DNA from: Planctomycetota bacterium
GTDB taxonomy: Bacteria > Planctomycetota > Phycisphaerae > WQYP01
Direction: 5' to 3'
Length of the DNA stretch: 64,000 bases
NCBI GenBank assembly: GCA_021831565.1
Contig: JAKBMM010000008.1
Location: 11,964-75,963, forward strand
Position numbers and translations under genes: made by a program. Shown here piece after piece: positions 30,011-39,659 of this stretch (positions are counted from its first letter, which is position 1; each line of letters opens with the position of its first letter). Under the pieces are notes generated by a model. That model saw only the letters and a program-made list of their open reading frames with translations, was not told where the DNA came from and did not search any database.

Positions 30011-30916
30011 ATGATACTTAGCATGACCGGTTACGGACGCTCCAATGCCGAGCACCCCGACATTTCCTGCCAGGTGGAAATACGATCCGTCAATAACCGT
30101 TTTTTGAAAACCGTGATTCGTCTGCCCGACGATATGGCCGATTGCGAAGTGGAAATCGAGCGGCGGTTGCGGGAAAAACTCGGCCGCGGCGCGATAACGG
30201 TGACGGTATCGGCCGTGCGTCCGGAATCCGCCGCGGCGGCCCCGGTGAACCTGGCGGCGGCCCGATTGTATCTGGAACAACTGCTTTCGCTGGCGCAAGG
30301 CGTCTGGCGGGAAAAGCCCGATCACGCCGCCTTGACCATTGATCTGGCGCAGATACTTTCTCTGCCGGGCGTATGCCTGCCCAGCCACTCGAATGAAGAA
30401 GAGGCGCTGCGGCAACGGGCGCTGGTTCTACGATTGACCGACGAAGCGATCGCGCAGTTGCTGCAGATGCGCCGCCGGGAAGGCCAGGCTTTGTGGCGGG
30501 ACCTGCGCGAACAGTTGGCCGCCATTGGCGAGGCGCTGGAAAACATTCGCCGCCAGGCGCCGGCGGCGGCCCGGCAATATCATGAACGGCTGCGGGCGCG
30601 GGTGCTCCAGCTTGTCCATGAAGCCAAACTCTCGCTGAGCGATTCGGATCTGCTGCGGGAAGTGGCGCTGTTTTCGGAACGGGCGGATATCAGCGAGGAA
30701 TTGACCCGCCTGGCCGCGCACCTGGATCATTTCACTCAGGTAACGCAAGCCGACGAGTCGCAGGTCGGACGAACGCTGGATTTCATCGCCCAGGAAATGT
30801 TGCGCGAGACCAACACCATCGGCAGCAAGTGCAGCGACGGCCAGTTGGCGCGCTGGACGCTGCAGATCAAGGAAGCGATCAACCGCGTCAAGGAACAGGT
30901 TCAGAATGTGCAATGA
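30011..30916 (+). CDS. yicC: YicC family stress-induced protein
   Basis: MILSMTGYGRS... N-terminal YicC_N domain, 301 aa, upstream of gmk as in many bacteria. Confidence 0.7.
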   Translation: MILSMTGYGRSNAEHPDISCQVEIRSVNNRFLKTVIRLPDDMADCEVEIERRLREKLGRGAITVTVSAVRPESAAAAPVNLAAARLYLEQLLSLAQGVWREKPDHAALTIDLAQILSLPGVCLPSHSNEEEALRQRALVLRLTDEAIAQLLQMRRREGQALWRDLREQLAAIGEALENIRRQAPAAARQYHERLRARVLQLVHEAKLSLSDSDLLREVALFSERADISEELTRLAAHLDHFTQVTQADESQVGRTLDFIAQEMLRETNTIGSKCSDGQLARWTLQIKEAINRVKEQVQNVQ

Positions 30917-31608
30917 CCATGAAGTCAACAGGGCTGCTTTTATTCATTTCCGGACCGTCCGGCGTCGGCAAATCAACCATCTGCCGGCGGCTGGCGCGGG
31001 AACTGCCGGCTTCCTTCGCGCTTTCCGCCACCACGCGCCCCCGCAAGCCCCAGGATAAACAGGCAAAAAGATATATATTTATAGATGAATATGAATTTCG
31101 CCGGCGTCGCGAATCCGGCGATTTTCTTGAATATGCCCGGGTGTTCGGCCATTGGTATGGAACGCTCCGGCAACCCGTGGTCGCGGCCCTGGCGCGCGGC
31201 CGGACCGTCCTGCTGGAAATTGACGTCCAGGGTGGCAGGCAAGTGTCCGGACTTTTTCCGGCGGCGGTGGGAATTTTCATTCTTCCGCCGAGCGCGCGGG
31301 AGCTTGCCCGCCGGCTTACCAGCCGGGGGCGCGATGAGCCGGATGTGATTCGCCGGCGAATCGCCCGGGCCCAGCGGGAAATTCGGGAGGCCAGGCTCTC
31401 GGGCGCCTACCCGCACATGGTGATGAACAACGAATTGGATCAAACGGTGCAAACGCTTATCCGTCTCGTGCGTGATTACCAGTCAGAGGCGGGAAATTCT
31501 GATGCGGACTTGCGTTCCCGTCCCGCTTTATCCTCGCGCTTGCATAAAGAGTCCGGCCATCCCGGCAATAGTCCGCGTGGCCGCCGGGCGGGTCCGCCGC
31601 CATCCTGA
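30913..31608 (+). CDS. gmk: Guanylate kinase
   Basis: P-loop ISGPSGVGKST. Start ATG 30913 overlaps the yicC stop (ATGA). The C-terminal end is uncertain because the ORF carries a basic tail. Confidence 0.8.
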   Translation: MTMKSTGLLLFISGPSGVGKSTICRRLARELPASFALSATTRPRKPQDKQAKRYIFIDEYEFRRRRESGDFLEYARVFGHWYGTLRQPVVAALARGRTVLLEIDVQGGRQVSGLFPAAVGIFILPPSARELARRLTSRGRDEPDVIRRRIARAQREIREARLSGAYPHMVMNNELDQTVQTLIRLVRDYQSEAGNSDADLRSRPALSSRLHKESGHPGNSPRGRRAGPPPS

Positions 31609-31708
31609 TAATTATCGGGATAAGAGTCGCCCCGCTGGGCCGCGACCATCGTGCCGTCAGGACACGGCGCCATTCGCGAGCGTTATTGCCGGAGTAGATT
31701 GGAAGAAT

Positions 31709-32179
31709 ATGCTGGAAAAAAAGCTGCTGATCTCCGCTGCCGTGCGCGGGCGCATGCGGGCGCATGCCCGACGGTTTTACCCGCTGGAGGCCTGCGGGCT
31801 TCTGCTGGGACCTTCGAACGCTCTAGTCGGCGGACCGTTGCGGATAACGGCGTTTGTGCCGGCGGAAAACGTTGCGCCGGCGGATTCGCGCCGTATCGCG
31901 TATCGGATGGATCCCCGTTTTTTGTTGCGCGTGCAGAAAGAGGCCGGGGCGCGAAATCTCGCCGTGATTGGTATTTTTCACAGCCACCCCGGCCATCCGC
32001 CCGTGCCCAGTCGGCGCGACCTCCAGCAGGCTTGGCCGGTGTATTGCTACGTCATTCTGCGGGTGAATTCCGATCGTGTGGGGGAATTCATGGCTTGGGT
32101 TCTGGATCGCAGCGGAAAAAAGTTTGTGGAACTCCATACGCCCTGTAGGGGGCGGTCTTCCGGGCCGTCTGGGTCTTGA
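31709..32179 (+). CDS. JAMM/MPN(+) family metalloprotease domain protein
   Basis: EACGLLLG ... HSHPGHPPVPSRRD matches E-x(n)-HxHx7Sx2D. Start ATG 31709 after GGAG. Confidence 0.6.
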   Translation: MLEKKLLISAAVRGRMRAHARRFYPLEACGLLLGPSNALVGGPLRITAFVPAENVAPADSRRIAYRMDPRFLLRVQKEAGARNLAVIGIFHSHPGHPPVPSRRDLQQAWPVYCYVILRVNSDRVGEFMAWVLDRSGKKFVELHTPCRGRSSGPSGS

Positions 32180-32181
32180 GT

Positions 32182-32215
32182 CTTAAGAAACTATCTTTTG
32201 AGATAGTTTCTTAAG
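32182..32215. repeat. AT-rich perfect hairpin (15-bp stem CTTAAGAAACTATCT, loop TTTG), 3 nt after the JAMM gene stop
   Basis: Seen directly in the sequence. No U-tract follows; flanked by GTCTTG on both sides. Confidence 0.6.
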
Positions 32216-32331
32216 TCTTGCATGCGTGGTATCCATTGCCCACGGGTTTGCCGGATGTTATAGATGTTATAAGCGTATGGTCTTGGGCGTGAGCCGTTGC
32301 CGTCATCCTTGGTTTTATACAGGAGATTAGC

Positions 32332-33099
32332 GTGAAACTATCAAACAAAGTTGCCATTGTGACCGGTGCCGCCACGGGTATCGGCCAGGCTATCGCCGTC
32401 GCCTTCGCCCGCGAAGGGGCCGCGGTCGCGATTGATTACGTCGGCAAGCCCGGCACGGCGGATCAAACGCTGGAAAAAATAAAAAACGCCGGTGGCCGAG
32501 CCATCGCCCTGACCGCGGATATTTCCAATCCCCAACAGGTTGGCGCGCTGATCGATCAAACAGTCGGGAGGTTCGGCCGGCTCGATATTTTCGTCAACAA
32601 CGCGGGTATTGAGTTCAAGCATCCCTTTCTGGAATTTCCCATCGATCAATTCCAGAAAATCGTCATGGTGAATCTGCAAGGTCCGTTCCTATGCGCCCAG
32701 GCGGCGGCGCGGCGGATGGTCCAGCAGGGCGGAGGCGGACGCATCATCAATATCTCTTCCGTGCACGAAGACCTGCCCATGCCCACCAATGCCCCGTACT
32801 GCGCCACCAAGGGCGCCCTGCGTATGCTTACCCGCACCATAGCTGTGGAACTGGCTCCCCATAAGATCACGGTGAACAATATCGGTCCGGGCGCTATTTT
32901 CACTCCCATCGACGCCGATGTGGAAGCCAACCCGCAAATGGAAGCGGCCTTGATGGCCGAGATACCCTTGGGTCGCTGGGGCAAGCCCGAGGAAGTCGCG
33001 GGCCTGGCGGTATTTCTGGCCTCCGATGATGCGGCCTATATCACCGGGGCGACTTACTTCATCGACGGGGGTATGTTGCGTCAGGCGGGAGGCCTGTAG
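32332..33099 (+). CDS. SDR family oxidoreductase (glucose-1-dehydrogenase / 3-oxoacyl-ACP reductase-like)
   Basis: TGAATGIG Rossmann motif, NNAG, YxxxK catalytic motif. Confidence 0.8.
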   Translation: MKLSNKVAIVTGAATGIGQAIAVAFAREGAAVAIDYVGKPGTADQTLEKIKNAGGRAIALTADISNPQQVGALIDQTVGRFGRLDIFVNNAGIEFKHPFLEFPIDQFQKIVMVNLQGPFLCAQAAARRMVQQGGGGRIINISSVHEDLPMPTNAPYCATKGALRMLTRTIAVELAPHKITVNNIGPGAIFTPIDADVEANPQMEAALMAEIPLGRWGKPEEVAGLAVFLASDDAAYITGATYFIDGGMLRQAGGL

Positions 33100-33236
33100 C
33101 ACGGACGCGGCCTCGCGAATCACACGCCTCGCCGGGGCCTGCTCGGGTTCGGCTGTTGCCGATTTTTAGAGGAGATATATGTATTTTGCGACAAATTGGG
33201 AGTACCGCCCTCTCCTTAAAAAAAGAGAAATTCCGG

Positions 33237-33266
33237 TTGCCCGTCCTACCGGATCATTGCTATAAT
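33237..33266 (+). promoter_or_regulatory. Candidate sigma70-type promoter (TTGCCC-N18-TATAAT) upstream of the PAS-GGDEF-EAL gene
   Basis: -35 TTGCCC at 33237-33242, -10 TATAAT at 33261-33266, about 110 nt upstream of ATG 33378. Confidence 0.35.
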
Positions 33267-33377
33267 AATTCGTGGCAGTCGATCGTATCTGAGATATTCA
33301 GTACCGTTGCGTGATTGCACATCAATCTTCGCGGGATCGGATACGACACCCATTCTCCGGCAAATACGAGGGCAGGT

Positions 33378-35867
33378 ATGAATGGCGACTTACATATTAC
33401 CAGTGGTCCATTTCCGCTGGACCATGATAATCCTTTTCAGATGGCTTTCTTTCAGACGCCGGCAATATGTCTTATTTTGAACGGCGCGGACGGACGCATC
33501 CTTGAGGTGAATGACGCCGCCGCAACATTCTACGGCCACAGCCGCGTGGCAATGCGAAACAAGTACCTGCGGGACTTTCATCCTCTCTTACGAGAACCAT
33601 TGTCGGAACGAATGCCCGGCGCCGCGGGTGATCAGGCGTTCCGTATTCGAACCCAGCATCGCGCCGCCCAGGGAGAAATTCGCGAGGTTCTCATTTTTGG
33701 CGCCGCTGTCCCTGTCGGCCCAAGCTTGCTGCACTTCTGTATAGTGCAGGACTTGTCTCTCTATCAGGCGGCGCAGGCGCAACTCCTCCAGACGCAAAAG
33801 GAGGCGGAGCGCAACGCCGAGATCTTCCGTCACTTTTTCCAGGATAACAGCGCCGTCGCCCTTATTGTTGACCCGGTGGAGATGCGCATCGTTGACGCCA
33901 ACCACGCGGCCGAGGTTCATTATGGCTGGTCGCGCCGGGAATTGATCGGCAAATCGATCTGGGAAATTAATACGCAGCCGCGGCGCCAACTGGCGGAAAT
34001 GTACCGCCGGATCATCCAAGCCGGCTCGGCCTGCATGGAGACGCAGCATCGCCTGGCCAATCAGGATATACATGATGTCGAGATATATATTACAGTATTT
34101 GAGAAAGCCGGCCGCCAACTGCTCTTTGGAATCATTCACGACATCACCGAGCGAAAAAAATCCCAGGCGTCGCTCCAACTGGCCCATCGCGCCCTGGAGG
34201 CGACGGTCAACGGCGTCATTATCTGCGACGCGCAATTGCCCGATATGCCTATCATTTACATGAACGCCGGACTGGAAAAAATCAGCGGTTACCAGCGCCG
34301 GGAATGTCTGGGGAAAAATCCGCGATTCCTGCATCGCGGCGATCCGAATCAGCCCGGTATTGAACGCATCCGCCAGGCCTTGCGTTCCGGTAAGCCCGTC
34401 GGAGCGGAATTGCGCAATTACCGCAAGGACGGCACGCCCTATTGGACTGATGTGTATATATCTCCTGTGATAGATTCAGAAGGAAAAGTAACCCATTATA
34501 TCGGCATTCAAAAGGATATCACGGAACGAAAGCGGGCGGAGGCGAGAATGAATCGGCTGGCGCTCTTCGATTCGCTTACCGAGCTGCCCAACCGGCAATT
34601 GCTTCTTGATCGGCTCAGTCGTGCCCTGACGCTGGCCCAACGCACCGGCAAATCCGGCGCTCTGGTCTTCATTGATCTGGATCATTTCAAGAACATCAAT
34701 GACGCGGAAGGGCATTCCATCGGCGACCAACTGCTGATCGAAACCGCCCACCGCCTTCGCAACTGCCTCCGGCAGGAAGACACGCATGCCCGGCTCGGCG
34801 GTGACGATTTTGTGATTCTTCTTACCGGGTTGAATGAAGATCTGGAAAAGGCGGCACAGGAGGCCAGCTATATCCTCGATCGCGTGCGATTCTCGCTCGA
34901 GGAGCCGTTTGCCGTTAACGGTGGTTGCCACCGGCTCGCGGCCAGCATTGGCGTTCGTATCTTTCCTAGAGGGCACGAGAACCCCGCCGAACTCCTCCAG
35001 CAGGCGGAAACCGCCATGTATAAAGCGAAGGCCGCGGGGCGGGACACCATCACCTACTTTCAACCGGACATGCAAACCGCCGTGCAGGAGCGGCTCCGCC
35101 TGGAGCGCGAAATGCGTGATGCCCTCGCTCATCAGGATTTTCAAATGTTCCTCCAACCCCAGGTGGATCAGGACGGCCGCATCATCGGAGCGGAAGCCCT
35201 CATACGCTGGCAAAAACCGGACGGCTCTCTGGTTTCACCGGGGAAGTTCATACCGCTGGCGGAGGATAACGGCCTGATTATTCCGATGGGTGAATGGATG
35301 ATCCAGCAGGCCTGCCGGACAATCGCCGGGCTGCAAGCGTATGGCGCCCCTCTCCGCATCGCCGTCAATGTCAGTCCGCGGCAATTCCGCGTGAGCAATT
35401 TCAAGGATCGCATCGCAAAAATTATTGGCGATACCGGTATCGACCCCGCTCTGCTGGCGCTGGAGGTTACCGAGGCGGTGATTTTTGACAATCTCATTGA
35501 CGCGGCGCGCGCCATGCACGAAATCAAGCGTCTGGGCGTCACGTTTTCAATAGATGACTTCGGCACAGGATACGCCTCGTTGAGTTATCTGAAAAAACTG
35601 CCGGTTTCCGAGATCAAGATTGACCGTTCCTTCATCCAGGATGCGCCGCAAAATTCCAACGACGCGGCCTTGGTGGAGGCCATTCTGGCCGTCGCCAGAC
35701 TGCACGGCCTCTCGGCCGTGGCCGAAGGGGTTGAGACCGCCGAGCAGAGTGAATTTTTGAAACAGCGCGGTTGTCCTTTTTTTCAAGGCTTTCTGTTTGG
35801 CCGCCCGGTTCCGGCCTTCGAGTTTGTGGCCCGGATGAAATCCGCCTCTCCCATGCCGCACAATTAG
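33378..35867 (+). CDS. Multi-PAS GGDEF/EAL c-di-GMP signalling protein
   Basis: Three PAS/PAC segments, a GGDEF domain with variant motif RLGGDDFVIL, and an EAL domain (EALIRW, DDFGTGYSSL-type). Confidence 0.85.
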   Translation: MNGDLHITSGPFPLDHDNPFQMAFFQTPAICLILNGADGRILEVNDAAATFYGHSRVAMRNKYLRDFHPLLREPLSERMPGAAGDQAFRIRTQHRAAQGEIREVLIFGAAVPVGPSLLHFCIVQDLSLYQAAQAQLLQTQKEAERNAEIFRHFFQDNSAVALIVDPVEMRIVDANHAAEVHYGWSRRELIGKSIWEINTQPRRQLAEMYRRIIQAGSACMETQHRLANQDIHDVEIYITVFEKAGRQLLFGIIHDITERKKSQASLQLAHRALEATVNGVIICDAQLPDMPIIYMNAGLEKISGYQRRECLGKNPRFLHRGDPNQPGIERIRQALRSGKPVGAELRNYRKDGTPYWTDVYISPVIDSEGKVTHYIGIQKDITERKRAEARMNRLALFDSLTELPNRQLLLDRLSRALTLAQRTGKSGALVFIDLDHFKNINDAEGHSIGDQLLIETAHRLRNCLRQEDTHARLGGDDFVILLTGLNEDLEKAAQEASYILDRVRFSLEEPFAVNGGCHRLAASIGVRIFPRGHENPAELLQQAETAMYKAKAAGRDTITYFQPDMQTAVQERLRLEREMRDALAHQDFQMFLQPQVDQDGRIIGAEALIRWQKPDGSLVSPGKFIPLAEDNGLIIPMGEWMIQQACRTIAGLQAYGAPLRIAVNVSPRQFRVSNFKDRIAKIIGDTGIDPALLALEVTEAVIFDNLIDAARAMHEIKRLGVTFSIDDFGTGYASLSYLKKLPVSEIKIDRSFIQDAPQNSNDAALVEAILAVARLHGLSAVAEGVETAEQSEFLKQRGCPFFQGFLFGRPVPAFEFVARMKSASPMPHN

Positions 35868-35893
35868 TTGTATTAAATAATAATATTAATATA

Positions 35894-36889
35894 TTAGCTT
35901 AAATATGTATATTCCGGCCAGGGGCGGCCCAACTGGCGCGGGCCGGGGTGATTCCGCGAAAGAACGGCCAACGCCGCCAGCGCGGCCACGTAGGGCAGCA
36001 TCTGGAAAACCTCAAACGGCACGCTTTGCAGCGCATGCAGTACGGCGTAATGCGATGTATAGCGGGCGGTTTGCAGCGTTTGCTGCAGACTGTTGATGGC
36101 GCCAAAAAAAAGGCATCCCAGAATCAGGCCGCCCATCGACCACCGCCCGAAAATGACCAGCGCCAGCACGACAAACCCCTGCCCGCCGGTCATATCCGTG
36201 GCGAACGCGTGCGTTCGCATAATGCTTAAATAGGCCCCGGCCGCCCCCGCGCAGCCGCCGGCGAAAAGCACCGCCAGCCACCGCCACGTCCGCACGGCGA
36301 TGCCGCACGCCTGACAGGTCTGGGGCGAATCGCCCAGCGCCCGTAGAATCAGCCCCAGGCGGGTAAAGCGAATGATCACCCATACCAGCGCCGCCAGCAG
36401 CACGGCGGCGTAAAACAAGCCGTATTGATCGAAGAAAACCGGACCGAAAAACGGCAACCGGGCCAACGCCCCTACGGCCTGTCGGCTGTAACCGGCGCCG
36501 TGCGGCAGAGCCGTGGATAGATCGTGGTTTTCCCGCCAGTTTTGATACAAACTCCAGATCGTTCCGCTCAGGCCCAGCGCCAGCAGATTCAGGGCCGTAC
36601 CGGAAACAATTTGATCCGCCCGGCCGGAAATAGTTGTCGCCGCAAACAACGCCGCCACCGCCATGCCGGCGAGAATTGCCGTTGCCAGCCCCAGTGAGCC
36701 ATGACCGGTGGCGCCGGCGATGGTGTAAGCGGCGATGCAGCCGGTAAGCATCAGTCCTTCAATGCCGATGTCAATGACGCCGGTCAACTCGCTGACCAGC
36801 TCGCCGATACCGGCCAATATCAGCGGCGTGGCGGCGGAAACAGTCTGACGGGCCAGGAAAGTCAGCACATTCTCATGGGCCGGGTTCAT
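35894..36889 (-). CDS. ABC transporter permease (BMP/nucleoside-sugar type)
   Basis: Polytopic membrane protein downstream of a paralogous permease and a dual-domain ATPase. Confidence 0.75.
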   Translation of the reverse strand: MNPAHENVLTFLARQTVSAATPLILAGIGELVSELTGVIDIGIEGLMLTGCIAAYTIAGATGHGSLGLATAILAGMAVAALFAATTISGRADQIVSGTALNLLALGLSGTIWSLYQNWRENHDLSTALPHGAGYSRQAVGALARLPFFGPVFFDQYGLFYAAVLLAALVWVIIRFTRLGLILRALGDSPQTCQACGIAVRTWRWLAVLFAGGCAGAAGAYLSIMRTHAFATDMTGGQGFVVLALVIFGRWSMGGLILGCLFFGAINSLQQTLQTARYTSHYAVLHALQSVPFEVFQMLPYVAALAALAVLSRNHPGPRQLGRPWPEYTYLS

Positions 36890-38016
36890 GGTTTGTCGCT
36901 CCCCTGATCGTTGGCCGGAGGCGGGTCAACCTGCCGGGTTCGCAATTTGCGTCCCAACAGGTAAGCGCTCAGCAGCAGCATCAGCAGAATCACCACGGCT
37001 TTGACCACGTTGACCACGGCATGCGGCAGCGCCAGCGAACTTTCCTCCACGCGCAGCGCGCCGGTATCCAACATTCCAAAAAACAGAGCCGCCCCGGCGA
37101 TTCCCAGAGGATTCAGTCGCCCCAGCAGAGCCACGGCGATGCCGGCGTAGCCATAATTTCCGAAGGAACCGGTCATAAAATGCGTCACGCCGAGTACCTG
37201 CAGCGCGCCGCCGAAGCCGGCACAACAGCCGCTCATAAACATCAACAGAAATTGTTTTCTGGACACGCCAATGCCCGCCAGCCGTGCCGCGCCGGGGTTC
37301 AAACCGACTACGAGCGATTCAAAGCCGAAGGTGGTTCGCTGGTTGAGCGCATAAAACAGGACGGCCAAAACGAAGGCAATGGGAATGCCAAGATGAAAGC
37401 TGGTGAATGGAATAAGTTCGGGCAACCAGTAAGCGGGAGCGATCTGGGGGCTTTGCGGAGCCGGCGTTCCGCCGGCCTGCAAGGGACCTTGCAGAATCGC
37501 GCGAACCACATACAAGGCCACGAAATTGAGCAGAATGGTGGAGAGTACAATGGGCACTGATCGGTACCGTTCCAGTATGCTCGCCAGCAGAGCCCACAAA
37601 CCACCGGCGAATGTTCCGGCGAGAATGGCCAGGATAATAACCGGCGGTGCGGAGTGAAAAATCAACCACCGCGTGCTCAAACCCACGGCAACCAGCGCAC
37701 CGAGCAGAAATTGCCCTTGGGCGCCTATGTTCAATACGCCGCCGCGAAAGGCGATACCCGCGGCCAGACCGGTCAGCAGCAGCGGACAGGCGTCGGCCAA
37801 ACTGTTGGTGAGCGGATAGATTCCCCCGATAGAGCCATCCACCCAACGGCTCATGATGGCCAGGGGTGGATAGCCAACCAGAGCCAATCCGCTCAGTACA
37901 AGCCCCAGGGCCAGTCCGCAAGTTCCGATAGCCAGCGGAATCAGCGCTACGGTGCTGATCAACCGCGAGAAACGGCCCGCATGGCGTTGTAGGGGGGAGG
38001 AATGAAAGGTCGTCAT
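36886..38016 (-). CDS. ABC transporter permease (BMP/nucleoside-sugar type)
   Basis: Polytopic; its start overlaps the stop of the downstream permease. Confidence 0.75.
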   Translation of the reverse strand: MTTFHSSPLQRHAGRFSRLISTVALIPLAIGTCGLALGLVLSGLALVGYPPLAIMSRWVDGSIGGIYPLTNSLADACPLLLTGLAAGIAFRGGVLNIGAQGQFLLGALVAVGLSTRWLIFHSAPPVIILAILAGTFAGGLWALLASILERYRSVPIVLSTILLNFVALYVVRAILQGPLQAGGTPAPQSPQIAPAYWLPELIPFTSFHLGIPIAFVLAVLFYALNQRTTFGFESLVVGLNPGAARLAGIGVSRKQFLLMFMSGCCAGFGGALQVLGVTHFMTGSFGNYGYAGIAVALLGRLNPLGIAGAALFFGMLDTGALRVEESSLALPHAVVNVVKAVVILLMLLLSAYLLGRKLRTRQVDPPPANDQGSDKP

Positions 38017-38019
38017 CGT

Positions 38020-39552
38020 TTATGCTACGCCCAGCATCATTTTTCCGATTTGTTCGCGCGACGCGTCCGGCCATGATGTTTCCTGTAGTTGTCCATTGTA
38101 CAGCACCGAAACCCGGTCACTGATTGCCAACAACTCGTCCAGATCGCTGTGGACCAGCAGAATCGCCGCGCCATCACGGCGGGCGGCGAGCAGTTGCTTC
38201 ATTACGAACGCGCTGGCTCCAACATCCAGGCCACGGGTTGGGTTAACCGCCAGGATGATACGCGGCTTTTCACCAAGTTCGCGGGCCACCACCACCTTCT
38301 GTTGATTGCCGCCGGAAAGCATACCGACCGGTGTTTGCGCATCAGGGCAACGAATATCGAATTGCCTGATCAGTTCGGCGCTTCGTTGCCGCCACCGACC
38401 GAATCGGCACAGCCCCATCCAGGAAAAGGGACTGGTATGGTAGCGTTTGAGCATAAGGTTGGCCTGCACAGACAGTGGCAGAACCAGCGCCTCTCTCTGC
38501 CGGTCTTCCGGAATACACCCGAGCGGTGATCTTGGATTGATTCCCGGAGTTTTCCGATGGCTATCAGAACTATCGCCAAATATCACGTTTCCGTCGACGG
38601 GTTCAATCTGGCCCAGAATGCAGCGGACCAGGCAATCCTGGCCGTTTCCGTCCACGCCGGCGATGCCATGGATTTCGCCGCTCCGTACCGACAGGTTCAC
38701 ATTAAAAAGTAGCCAGGCTCCCTGGTGTGAACTGCGGACCGATACGTTTCGCAGTTCCAACCGCGGGGGGGATAATTCGCCGCGATCCCACCGCGGCGCT
38801 TCGCCCGGAGGCTCTTGATGATCCGCCAGGTGCGGAATTTTTAACCGTGCGCCGATCATTTTTTCGGCAATCTGGCCGGCATCCAGTTCACGGATGGAGC
38901 CTGTATAAACCACGCGGCCCTTACGTAGAATCGTAATGCGATCACAGAGTTTTTGAACTTCCGCTAATTTATGGCTGATGAAAAGCACCGCCATTCCCGC
39001 AGCCGCCACCGCCCGCAGCGCCGGAATTAGTTCGGCGACTTCCTGTGGCGCCAGGACCGCGGTCGGTTCGTCCAGTATCAGCAGTTTTCCACCGGTACAG
39101 AGAGCTTTGACGATCTCCACTCTCTGCCGCTGACCAACGGACAAATCGGCGACTGGTTTCTCCAGGTCCGGATTCCAATGGAGTCTGTCGGTCCAGATGC
39201 GAATTCGGCCGATCAATTCACGCCGCCCCGGCGACCAGAGTCCGCGGACCGCCGCCAGTGAGATGTTCTCCAGCACCGTTAATGATTCTACCAGCTTAAA
39301 ATGCTGGTGAACCATGCCGATTCCAAGCCGCTGCGCTATCACCGGCGAGGCGATTCGCACCCGCCGGCCGTCAAACTCAATCTTTCCGGTGTCGGGGCGC
39401 GCCAGGCCGAAAAGAATGTTCATGAGAGTCGATTTGCCCGCCCCATTTTCGCCCAGGATGCCATGAATGGCGCCCTGCCGCAGAGAGAGTGTCACGTTGT
39501 CCAGCGCCGCCACCGGACCGAAGTGTTTGGATATATTAGTCAATTGGAGCAT
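38020..39552 (-). CDS. ABC transporter ATP-binding protein with duplicated ATPase domains
   Basis: Two Walker A motifs (GENGAGKST; GVDGNGQ), LSGGQ/LSVGQ signatures, 510 aa. Confidence 0.85.
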   Translation of the reverse strand: MLQLTNISKHFGPVAALDNVTLSLRQGAIHGILGENGAGKSTLMNILFGLARPDTGKIEFDGRRVRIASPVIAQRLGIGMVHQHFKLVESLTVLENISLAAVRGLWSPGRRELIGRIRIWTDRLHWNPDLEKPVADLSVGQRQRVEIVKALCTGGKLLILDEPTAVLAPQEVAELIPALRAVAAAGMAVLFISHKLAEVQKLCDRITILRKGRVVYTGSIRELDAGQIAEKMIGARLKIPHLADHQEPPGEAPRWDRGELSPPRLELRNVSVRSSHQGAWLLFNVNLSVRSGEIHGIAGVDGNGQDCLVRCILGQIEPVDGNVIFGDSSDSHRKTPGINPRSPLGCIPEDRQREALVLPLSVQANLMLKRYHTSPFSWMGLCRFGRWRQRSAELIRQFDIRCPDAQTPVGMLSGGNQQKVVVARELGEKPRIILAVNPTRGLDVGASAFVMKQLLAARRDGAAILLVHSDLDELLAISDRVSVLYNGQLQETSWPDASREQIGKMMLGVA

Positions 39553-39659
39553 ACAAGAAGCGTTTCGTCATGGAAAATCAGCCCCGTCGCACCCGCAATG
39601 ATTTTATACTCCGCGCCGCGGGGTTTGAGATAGGCTCTTCTACCATCTCACAGGCACTC

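Noticed and set aside
31609-31708. Possible rpoZ (omega subunit) expected after gmk
   Set aside because: No ORF in this 100-nt gap or overlapping the JAMM gene resembles the omega subunit. The gap is too short, and the gmk ORF tail is low-complexity and probably untranslated read-through.
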